DNA from: Lophium mytilinum
Lineage: Eukaryota
Assembly (NCBI GenBank): GCA_010093605.1
Contig: MU004193.1
Span: 1,371,520 to 1,435,519 of the forward strand
DNA: 64,000 nt
Reading direction: 5' to 3'
Below, piece by piece: positions 49,804 through 60,974 of the stretch (position 1 is the stretch's first letter; each line of letters opens with the position of its first letter). Below the pieces are notes generated by a model. It made no database searches and was not told the DNA's origin. It worked only from the letters and a program-made list of their open reading frames with translations. A program made the position numbers and the translations under genes.

Positions 49804-52800
49804 TTAGACCTCCCCATCTCCCCTAATCATTGTAGTTCTCCGTCGAAAGCCTCTCCATAAATGATTATCCGACATTATAGCAGCCTGCTTCCGTCCCCCA
49901 GAAAGCTCCGTAATCCTCGTCGACAGCCTCGTCTTAGCAGCTATGCCAGTGGCTGCCGAGTTCTGTCGATTCTTCGCCACTTCGCGCCTGATAAAGAACT
50001 CGCGAATCGTCTCACCTTTCAAGACGACTAGCCCGGCAAGCCCGATAACGACCGTCGTGACTGGCACCGCGATGAGCCAAAAGAGCCATTGGCCCTGAGC
50101 CAAGCCACGAATGTCGGAAGTGTTCATGCCCAGGTATGACGTCGCCCATGAGAGCGGCAAGAAAATGATCGTTACAATGGTGAAGACGATGATGGCGTTG
50201 CCGTTATTTTCTTGTTGGATTTCGAGCATGCGGGACACGTGCTTGCTCACGTCTTCCAGTCGGGAGTCGAGGTCGCAAACCCTTAGGCGAACGGACTGAG
50301 CTCTTCGAAGTTGGGTATCGATGAAAGGGGCTTCGACTCGGAAACGCGCAGCGCGGATGAAGGTCGTTGCTCGAAAAGTGCAGGGCTCAAGGATGCGGAG
50401 GTAGTTTTTGAGGAGTTCCTGCTGCTGGGCGTTGATGCTGGAAACTAGGCTGAGCTCTTCGCGCATGCGCCAGATTTTGCGGAGCACCCGTGTTCGGGGG
50501 TGTTTCATGGCATCAAATTGCTATAGATGTCAGTTGGTAAGAGCACACGCCAGCAGAGATCTGACTGCCTACTAATTTTCGATAGAACCCGGCGTAGACG
50601 AGGTCAATCGGTTCATCTCTATGGAGAGGTCGATTGAATAAGCTTGTCATGATGGTGGCTAGGATGTACTCTGGACCAACACTATCGTAACTGACACTTT
50701 CCGTGTCGATATCGGTATACGACATGAGCATGACGTCTTGTTCAGCTTTGGTTATCAGCTCTTTAACGTGGTTCCCGATGCTCGATAAATCCTGGCCGGT
50801 CGTCTCGAGCAAGTCTTGGTCTTTCTTGATCTTGGATGCTGCATCGATCAAATGCTGGTTCATCGGATCAGAGCAACGATTGATGATAGGAAACGACTTT
50901 GCAGCACAAACTAGTAAAAGAACCGCATTTTCGAACGCGTTGAGGAGTGACTTCGGAAGCATAAACCGTGAAGGCATTGAGCTATTGTCGCTTGCAACGC
51001 CATCCCAGATGCCTCTACCCTTACTGTGGACTACTTGAAGGGGATCTACAATGAGGTCCAGGTAGTGTGCGTAAAGCTCTAGCCGGTGATCTGCATAGTA
51101 CTGGTTATCGTGCCGCAGCCAAAGCGCAAGCGTTTCGTCACTAGGAACGCCGTCGCCACTCCGGGGAACGTCGTAGTAGTGTACTTGAACGTGCTGCATG
51201 GCCTCACGAAGAGTCTGGTACTGCTTCCAACTTCGGCAGACTCCGCATTCTTTCCACGAAACTGTTGGCTTTTCCCGATCCGATAACATGTTTAGAGCCG
51301 AGGGATCTCTGACGACCCACCAATCCGGATCTTGGTACTTCATAGCTTGCGGCTCGTCTTGTACGCCCAATGTAGTAGCCTAGATTTAACATTCAGCGAA
51401 ACACATACGGTATCGGTAAAGCTTGCTTACGGCCATAATCATTGCAAAAGCTCCCCAGCATTTTTGCACTAGAGCATGGTCTGATGTAGACGGCGAAGAT
51501 AGCGGAACGTAGAGTGATAAGAAACCCTTCAATACAGTGTAGAGGTGTCTCAAATTCGTGTTACAAACCTTGAGTAAACCGGCGCGAACGTGATCGTGCT
51601 GTGTACCGCTACTAACTAGGAGTGGGTACTGCTTATCAAGCTCTTCATTCCTAGGGGTCCAGAGAGAGGCTTGAGCGGGCTGACCACTTCTGCCTGCATT
51701 TAGGGAAGGAAACTCGACTTCCAGATCAATCTGCGCTATTTCTCGACACCTTCGATATGTCTGCCCATGCCGTGAAGGTCTCATTGTTTGTAGTGTCTTG
51801 TGGACCTCCCCCAATATCTTCACTACGGATTCAATAGAAGACTCCGATAAGGTTTCTTGTATTGTGAGCTCCGGACTTGTCGCCCAGCTGAGAAAATGGG
51901 GGATAGTTATGCGCGACTGTTTGTCTGGCTCGTTAATTTGAGTCGTATCATCTTCTTCCTCGTCTTCAAACTCGTCGGCTTCGGCGTTTCGGGGGGCTTG
52001 CTCCTGAGGCTCAGAATGTGCTGATGATTCTTTCGGCATAGCGTCAGCGTCTTCGGGTGGAACTTGAAATCGAACAACAGCACTACTAGGCGGCACGTAA
52101 ATTTCTGGTGATGCTTCGATAGCGTTCGTGTCAAACACTATGATACCTGCCTCTTCGAGTCTCGTTTCTCTCCGATTTGATTCAGACGAGACAACGCTTG
52201 GTGACACGAAATTATTATTGGTGTCTTGGTGTGTTAGTTGAGGTAGAGATAGCGTATTCAACCTGGTAAAGGGCGAAGCCATTGGGTTATATGGTACTAA
52301 TCGACCATCGGTTCGAAGAGTTGGATCTAATGAGGACCCAGAAGGGCGTGGGATGAGTGCTAGCGCATTTGGGGTACGCTGGTTAGAATCAGAATCCGAT
52401 TCTGAGCTTGACTCTGACTGGTGGTCTTCACCGGTGGCAGAATCGCCGCGTGGCCTGGTAGCGTTCACCCTCTCGGTATTCATTGAAGCTCGATAGGATG
52501 ATTTAAGTTTCGCGTCCGCAGCTTCTGAAGAACTTGCTGGCTTGGTGGTGGCCGCGGGCCTCAGCTTTTTGCGCCGGAGTTGTAATCTTATCGTGCTCGA
52601 CCCATGCTCTTGAAGAAGGCTGATCCACTTTTCACCATTTACGGTCTGATTATTGAGAGTATTGATGTCTATATCGTCGATTGAGCCTTGCAAGTTGACA
52701 GAGCAGCGGATTTTAATCGACTGCTTCAGCGCCTATCTCAAGATCAGCCAGCAATACGCGCAACGTTCTCAAGAGGATACTCACGAAAAACGTTCGACAT

Positions 52801-55206
52801 TTGTCCGGGGACAAAGCGAATTGGCAACCTCGAGGGTCTGTGACTTCGATTGAAGTCGCACATCCTGACATCTTGAGGTCCAATTCAAGCACTTGTATCG
52901 ACTCGTTGTTCAAAAGGTCATCGAACGCCACCTGACCATATGTGATTATTGCTATTAACAGTCAACTTATGATCGAGTCTCCTATTTGATCAAGACTTAC
53001 TATTATTGAACGCAATTGCCCACACATGAGGAACATATATGATGGAGTCCTTGTCAACAGTCCCATCGTTCATGAGACGGAATGATTGTTCCGAGTCCCA
53101 CTCTTTCGAAGATTCGAATCGGTCGTCCCATTCAAACAAGCTCATCATCGGATGCTGTTGGTCAGTCTCCCTCGGCCCGTGGCCAAATACGGAGCCAAGG
53201 GCGAAGCACGGAAAGCTGATGGTTGTTGCTGAGAGCGCAGTATTCGCTGCACCTGACAAACCCAACTCGCAACTGTCTGCTCTGAGCGTCCAAGGGAAGA
53301 AACGATTCGTCGAATGATCGTAATGTAGCTTTCGGATTCGCTTAAGAAGGCTCAGCAGCACAATGCTCCAGTCTCGGGATAGGTTCGGAGTTCTCAAGAC
53401 AATAGTCTTGAATTCATCAAAGTCCAGAATTTGTTGCTCTACGTGCAGCCATCTCATTGTATCTTTCGGCAGCAGGTTTTCGTCGTCGGATCCTGAAGAG
53501 CAGGTCAAATCTAGCGTATGGTGATTTTCACTGTCGAACCACCGTTTCGCTCCTACAATACTCAGCAGCTTCATTTTTAGCCCGGTATGATGGCGTTGCC
53601 CAGAATCTGCGTCTGACCATGCCCAGAATCCCATGATATTCTTCTCTGACATTTGTTTCCTGTCAGAACCACGAATATGGATATCGATTGATAGCGGCTC
53701 CCCACCGTCTCCAAAAGGGATGTTGTAAGGGTGGCATTTAGGATTGGTCTGACCCCGGCCGAGGCCTGCTGCGCCTAAGTGGTCGTAGTCATTGTAGACA
53801 GGTCTTGGGTGTTTTCGTTCCTTCCATTCCCATGATTGAAAACCTGGGTTTCGACCTGATGAATAAGTTAGGCCTGGCCCGTCGCTATCAGGAACAACTT
53901 TTGCGGGGCCTGATGGTCGTGAACCCGGGCCGTTTGGAGGCGGCGACGGAATTGGTGGCCCAGGAGGAGGAGGAGGAGGAGGAGGAGGAGCTGGAGAAGG
54001 AGGAGGTAATGGTGGGTTTGGAGGCGGAGGTGGCGCTGCTGCCGTATTGGGAACATACGGCCCACTTCCTGGTCCCGTGTAGGTCGAATAGTATGACTGA
54101 GGATTCGGCGGTGGAGCATGCGGATTTCCATATGGTTCATAACCAGATAGTGGCGGTGAGGCATATGAGTTTCCGTATGATCCGTATGATGGTGCGTAAG
54201 GATTGGGTCCAAATCCAGATATTGGCGGTGAGGCATACGAGTTTGCATATGATCCGTATGGTAGTGCGTAAGAATTAGGTCCATATCCAGGTATTGACGA
54301 ATGGGTATTCGTGTTTCCGTACGGCTCTCCAGATGATGGTACGTTGGAATTGGGTACACCGCTAGACATTGGGTATGTGGGTGTAAACGAATTGGCACTA
54401 TGCCCACCATATGGATCACCCGCTAAGATTGGAGGCGCGCTTTGCGGCTGACCGAGTCGAGATTTTAGGGGTCTCGCCCGAGAGATACTTTCGTCCGGGT
54501 GTATTTCATCATCATCAATATAATCCCATTCTTTTTCTTCATCATCTTCGTTCGAGTCATATTCCTCCGGCGCGGACGAGACCTGCGAGCCCGTAGCTTG
54601 ACTGGTGATATCTATCAAAATAGGAAATTGATTGCCATGATGCTCGCCCGGGGCGGACGACTTGTTCTCTCCACTTTGGCTCAAACTCGGGGATTTGTCT
54701 TCGTAGCGGTCGCGATCTTTGGGTCTCTGTTTGCTACCGACAAAAGAGCCCCAATTATCATCTTCTGCGTCCTTTTCTTCTTCAACAGTAGCTTTCTTGC
54801 CTTTCCAATCTACACGGGAATCGCCAAAACTCCTGTCGTTTTTCGGTGCACCTTCGTCGTTAAGGTCCTTGTCGTCAAACACTGGACTTGCTGCCGAAGG
54901 GTTGGAAGATACGGTCTCTCTCATAATTCCCTCTTCCAGCGTCGATTTCTGCGTAGAGGTAGTTAGGTTCTCTGTGATTTCCTGTACATCTTGCTTTTTC
55001 TTCTTCCTCTTCTTCTTCTTCGAACTCTTCCCCCACGAAGCCCATTCATCTTCCTCGTTGTCGCGCTCATCAATGGCGCTTAGAGTCCTTACTGAGGCTG
55101 TACCATCCATACCAGTTTCAGGCTTAGGCTCTCCGGAAGCCTGTGCAATGGAGCGCTGTACCATCTCTAGGGGTTCCTCCCAATTTACTGTAACATGTCG
55201 CGGCAT
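49804..55206 (-). CDS. Large multi-exon protein with low-complexity N-terminus and C-terminal CorA-like two-TM domain
   Basis: ORFs 52990-55206, 52713-52931, 51386-52693, 50513-51370 and 49804-50508 join through GT-AG introns. C-terminus NNGNAIIVFTIVTIIFLPLSWATSYLGMNTSDIR..QWLFWLIAVP carries the GMN motif. Confidence 0.82.
54143..54295 (-). repeat. 72-nt (24-aa) coding tandem repeat, two full copies plus a partial
   Basis: ccaga(t)/ccagg units at 54143, 54215 and 54287 encode IPGYGPNSYALPYGSYANSYASPP / ISGFGPNPYAPSYGSYGNSYASPP. Confidence 0.85.
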
Positions 55207-55548
55207 CTTTCTTAGAATCGGTAGCTATCTGTCTCGTGAATCTTTAGAAGAGAAGGCTGAAGGCAACAGAGAAGGCTGAGCTTCTCGGTATCACAGCGCG
55301 CTAACCTGTGTGGGGGCCACCTACAGCCGACGCATGTCGGAGGTGGCCCCATGGCTAAGCTCCATGTACGAGGAGTCTGTATAGCCAATGACACGAACCA
55401 GCAAACTTCATCTCCATACACAAAGGTTTGTCATCCCTAAGATGCCCCAGAATGTCCTGATGGTGACGTTTAGATTGGTGCTCCGTGCTAGGGAGCTATA
55501 CCCTGCTAGTGCTGGATCATACCCCTGCTAGCACAGCGGTAAACTACT

Positions 55549-55631
55549 CAGGCTCCCTTGAACAAAAAATGCGACACTGCCAAGCCCAATTTCGGTAGCG
55601 GGGTGTCGCAATTTTTGTTCAAGGGAGCCTG
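55549..55631. mobile_element. 83-bp MITE-like element with 29-bp terminal inverted repeats and a 5-bp target-site duplication
   Basis: Left TIR CAGGCTCCCTTGAACAAAAAATGCGACAC and right TIR GTGTCGCAATTTTTGTTCAAGGGAGCCTG match at 28/29. CTACT lies directly on both sides (55544-55548 and 55632-55636). Confidence 0.85.
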
Positions 55632-56203
55632 CTACTGTACGTCTATCTTTGCTTACAAAGGTACCTTTTCACGCCTTCTTCATGATTGACTTTATCTGAT
55701 CCAAATAAAAGATCACGCAATCTTCTAGAGATAGTAAATGGCACTCTCAACGGATTGTAATATAGGATTGCAGGCGCTCAATAGCTGCCTGACTAGCGAG
55801 GCTAGCCGCTAAGTTCGGATTGGAAGTCCGCTTGAGTTGCCTTCTACCTCGAAACAACATCAGAATGCTCTCAATGCACAGTAGTTCTATCCTTCCTACA
55901 CTTCAACAAACACTAGGCCCCTTGCAAATGCTCGAACTGTGAGCGCTAATAAGTGATGTGCGTCTTATCATCACTCCACCAGGTTTCCCAACTTGAAACT
56001 GGGTGAGGGGCATCATCGAAAGGAAATTAACGGTTACATTGTAACATTCAAGCTTTCCTGAGTCAATATGATAAGCAATTCAGTTCCAGAAATGCACTCT
56101 ACCATCCTATAGCACTCCAAACAAAAGGAGTTTCGTAGCACAAAGGTATCATTATCCCCTAACTCCCAAACCCCATCCCCACCACCTTTCCCGCTCCCAA
56201 GCC

Positions 56204-57780
56204 TCAAGCAGCAAACAGCTTATTCTCCACCCTCGAATGCTCCAAGTCCTTCTCAACCGCCCCATCCACATCCGACGCGCTCTCCTGCGTCCCAACATGG
56301 CTGTCGCGATACGCATCCAACTCCTTACCCTTAAACAAGTTCAGGTAAATCGGGAAACTCCACGCAATAATGAAGAATGCGAGCGGCACCACCATCGCCT
56401 TCCGCGTACCAATCTTGTCCGCCACATTCCCCAAAATCGCCGGCACGACCGCGCCGCCAGACACAGACGCAACGATGAACGACGCGCCGCGCTTCGTGTG
56501 CCGCCCCAACCCGCGCAGCGAGAGCGTGAAGATGGTCGGGAAGATACACGACTCGAAGAACAGCACGAGCATCAGCATCGCCAGCCCGCCCCAGTTCGCG
56601 TTTGTCGAGCCGCCCGTGTTGACCGTGATGGCGGCGATGATGAATACCATGATCATGGTCTGGTACGCGAGCAAGATCCAGCGGGGCTTGGTGAAGTACA
56701 TCAACCCAGCCGCCGAGAAGCGGCCAATAGCGAAGAGCGCCTGCGCGATGGCGTAGAAGTTGCTGCCCTGCTGATGCGCCTTGGTGACATCCAGATCCGG
56801 GCGCGCCTGTGTGAAGTAGTTGATGAAGTAGCCCGCGATGCCGACCTGCGCACCGACGTAGCAGAACTGCGCGGCGACGCCCCAGAAGAGGGTGTACTGC
56901 TTGCGGAGGGGCTTGTCGACGTAGCCGGTGGCGCCTTCCGTCATCTCAGCCTGGTCGGCCATATCCGCGTCTGTGATTTCAGGGAGGGGCGCGAAGTAGA
57001 AGACGACGGCGAGCAGGCCGACGAAGATGGCGATGCCGAGGTAGACCCATTGCACGGAGGAGAGGTCACGGCCGTCGGTGCCGACGTTCTTGAAGATCAC
57101 GTAGGAGGCCAGGACGGGCGCGACGACGGAGCCGACGGCTTGGAAGGACTGGGAGAGCTCGAGACGGAATTCGGACCACTTTGGGGGACCGCAGACGGCG
57201 ATGTAGGGGTTGGCGGACGTCTCGAGGGTGGAGAGGCCGCTGCCGACGATGAACATGGAGCCGCAGAAGCCACCGAAGGAGCGTTTGACGGCGGAGGGCC
57301 AGAACATCAGGCAGCCGACACAGTAGATGCTGAGGCCGAGGATGAAGGTGTAGCGGTAGCCGAATTTGCGTACGAACCAGCCGGAGTAGGTTAGGGGCCC
57401 GATGAAGTAGGCGCTGTAGGTGTGCGATTAGCTACCTGTTATATGACAGATTTGAGTGATGAGACTTACCCGAAGTATGCGCCTTGAAGACCAGAAGACT
57501 CTCCCTGCGTAATGTGGAGGGCAACTTGGAAGCGAGAATTCAGGACATCGAGAAGGCCGTATGCAAATCCCCATAGAAAGAATAGGAGAGTGACGAGTGC
57601 TACGGGGATAATAGATTGACGAGTGGTGATCTGGGAAGCACCAGTAACGACGGCATCGTCGACACTCTTGCGACGGGTTTCAAGAGCCATCGCTTCAGTG
57701 GCAGAGGGACGTCGACTTTGTTGGTCGTGGATGTCGGTGAGAGATGGTTCCTGGCCCTTGAAGAAGTTGGATAGTCCCAT
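56204..57780 (-). CDS. MFS transporter, L-fucose/glucose-galactose permease (FucP-like) family
   Basis: LVTLLFFLWGFAYGLLDVLN, LQGAYFG|AYFIGP, GSGLSTLETSANPYI, AQFCYVGAQV and FFESCIFPTIF; intron ~57415-57469. Confidence 0.92.
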
Positions 57781-60012
57781 GATGGAAGTGAGGAGGAAGG
57801 TTGTAGTGCGGGGAACAGAAATCACCTCAGCGATGATGAGATAAAATGGAGTCTTCTCAGTTGTGTGGCCAAGTGACGATAAAGTGGAGCTACCAAACTA
57901 GGTGGACCAAGGCTCGGATACCCCAAAAACTGGAGAAGCTGGAGTTTGGAGTTGCTGTCTGGTCGACCTGGGGATCGTGACAACAGTATATATACTCCAC
58001 TCAAAGACTCGGTGTCTTACGTCGTACCTCATACGCGACTCACGCCATGCCTGTCTCTCCGCCATGCGTGCCAACATCTCGACAGGCCAGGGTGCTCCAT
58101 CTCGTCGCCCTGGTCCATGCCTGACAGGGCACCTAGTCACATCCCTCTCATAACCAAGCATCGTCTTCACACCACCGGCAGGATTCTCCAGTGTCGCCGT
58201 CCAATAGGCCCGAAAGCTGCGACGGCGACGGGAGGTTGTGGTTGAGCAGCGGGAAGATGTTCGGGAGATCCCTCCTCAGCAGCCAATCGGTGTCGTGGAA
58301 GCATGCAACTAGGCCGTTCCATCCACAGTGCTGCTCAACTGCCGGGGTTCCTCCAGAAAGCTCTCCACAACGGCTCCCCAGACTACCCACAAAAAAGGGC
58401 ATCCCGCCATTTTGCAATTGTCTCCACTGTAATCTCCGCATGGAGACTCCAGAGTTCGCTGAGCTGTATCGTCGAGATTCCTCGTGGAGAAGTGGCAAGA
58501 GGTGTCGGAATCTCCATTGGCAGCTTGGAATCATTTTGGGAGCTCCATCATCAGTAGCGAATTCAACCTGTTACTACCTGCGCACATAGCTCCCCAGATC
58601 AGCGTTCCCGCAAACCCATGCTTTTGCCCATCGTCATGAGCTTGTTGGGCCGCGGCGAGACATTGATGAGATGCGCATGCAGCATGCGCCCAGCCTGTCA
58701 AAGCTCTCCGCTAGAAGCTGCGATGCTCGCCTCGAAGGGTAGTCTAACGGGAGCACTCTCGGCAGCTAGATCCCAGCTTCCAGCCTCGCGTGACCGATGC
58801 GGGGGGCGCTGGAGAGCCGCTAGCTGCGGTTTCGTCATGGAGTTGAGGGGTGCGGAGAAGCTTCTTGACTCAACATGCTCGAATCGACGGCGGTGAATCG
58901 TGAGTGGATCGGACCGTGCATCTGGCGTTGCGGCTGGAGCTGGCTCGATTCGCCTCGAGTGAATCGTGTGGCTTGGAGAGAACGCGCTCGCTGCTGGAGA
59001 TGCATGCAAGTCAGCACGGCCTGCCGAAGTTCTCCCTCGAAACCTTCCGGAAGCGTTTGTGCAGCCAATCAGGGAGCAGGAGGGGAAGAATGGTCTTCCA
59101 CCTGCACATCCATACCTGAGAGCGTGTAAAGATCTGGGGTACACTCGCCGCCGCACTCTTCTCCCCTCAGCTGTGCATAATCCCGCATGCCAGCAGCATG
59201 CATCGCTAAGCGATTCTGGAAGATATGCAAATGGGAGTAATCCTCCCGCTCCTTGATTCCCAGCACCCAGCAGCCCCGAAATCGGCTGCGATCTTCATGA
59301 GATAGAGCCACGAGAACGCGACGCAGGGCTCCATTCCTTATTAAGAAGTACTTCCGTCGAATGAATATCTAGACAGCAGTCTAGAAGGACACTAGAAAAG
59401 GGCCTTTTGCGGCTCAGCTGCTAAGGTCGAAACGGCGGCCGCGTTGGTGCGTCCGATGTTTCTCCAACCGGTATATGGAGAAGCTATCACACCATTCTGT
59501 AGCGTAAGACGTGTTTTAGGGCTGCTTGTAAGGAGGCGGTGAAAAGTAAGAGAGAATAGAAAGGGTCACGTGACTGTATCCGCTGCGCTCTCTCATAACT
59601 TTACCACCCCCCTTCCTTCTCACAAATCTTGGGAATACAATGGATGTAATCATATGTAGACAAGAAGCCTTTGAGTTACCTTCAAGAAGGCCAGAAAAGT
59701 CGATAGATAGTGGGATAAGAAAACGAATTAAGATATTGTGATATGTGCTGCTATTTAGTTTTCCTTATGTTCGGATATTGATAGTACAAATGTCCAACAA
59801 ACCGAAACTCGTATCGTGCTACGTTCTCTACGACACACCGAGCGGCACTCCATCTTCTAGTCCCCTTCTCATCTCAAAACAGCCATTAGGTCAACGACAC
59901 CTCCTCTACAAGCTCATTTGCTTTCTCGTACACTGGCAATAATACAAGAAACTTTACTACCGAAAGGTCGTATCTCTCTTTCATTCCTTTCTTCGTTTCG
60001 TGCTCTTAGTGA

Positions 60013-60974
60013 TCAAGAGACGGGTGATCTCCTTCTCGTGCGACTCCGTCGTAGCGATTGCAGCATATTGACGGCTTCTTCCCCTAGGATCGACGCATTT
60101 AGTAGCAGTCACGCCAATCTTAGAAGATCGCAAGCGTATGCTTACCCGATTCCCGCCCGAGGCCGGACCCGCGCTCTACGGTAATCGGGTTGCTGTCGAC
60201 TACCTGCACACTTGAGCCGCCGCGAGTTGGGATGGACGGCTCATCAGTCGGACTCCGGATGCGGATTAGAGTTACGCGGATGCGCCAGGTGCCTTCGCCA
60301 CAAATAGCGAGGTCGGGGAAGGAGACGTAGCCAACGCCCTGGGAGTTGGTGTCGTCCTCGGCAAAGGGGTGGATGGAGTCAAAGACGCGGCCGGAGAGTA
60401 AGGCGGTTAGATCGACAGGGTCTGTGGAGTCGTTGATAGAGTCTGAGGTCAAGGTTGCAACGGCGAGGAGACTAGTCGGATCTAAATCATCGGTTGTGTC
60501 GGGGTTCAGGCTGCGAAGTCGAACTGTTACCGGGGGGTTGAGTGCGGTGCCCAGAAGTGCAATTGGTGGAGGTTGTACGATGACATCCATTGCATATCTC
60601 GCCTCCCCGTCGATCGTTGCAGAAATCTGGGGAGAGGGTTGGTGAGGCAGGGGGTGATGGTTGGTTGGCTCTCGATAGCGCTGATTCCCTGGTTCCACGT
60701 CGTCGTTGGTCCTGGTCCGCCGTGGTCGAGGTCTCGACCTCTCTCGCGAGAAATCGGCGTCAACAGCTCTGGATCGTACTGCAGTCTGGGTTCGTCTCGC
60801 AACGTCGGCCATCGGGTCGACTGGGTTAGAGCTGGCTGCAAGTCTTGCTGAACGTCTCAGGGAACCGTTGGTTCTTGGTGCTGAGACGGCGTGGCGGGAG
60901 CTCGATGCGTTTGCTCTTCTGGAAGTGCTGCGTGTGAGGTTGAGATTTCGTCCTCGTCCTCGGCCCCTTGGCAT
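60013..60974 (-). CDS. Divergent velvet-domain protein; 5' end uncertain
   Basis: YAMDVIVQPP..LNPPVTVRL, LLAVATL, LLSGRVFDS, GYVSFPDLAICGEGTWRIRVTLIRI and VDSNPITV, preceded by an Arg-rich N-terminus. Short last exon GEEAVNMLQSL after an intron ~60086-60145. Confidence 0.75.

Noticed and set aside
56237..57394. 385-aa plus-strand ORF
   Set aside because: Antisense shadow of the GC-rich MFS transporter CDS.
57830..59900. Many short ORFs upstream of the MFS gene
   Set aside because: No coding signature or motifs; most likely promoter or intergenic DNA.
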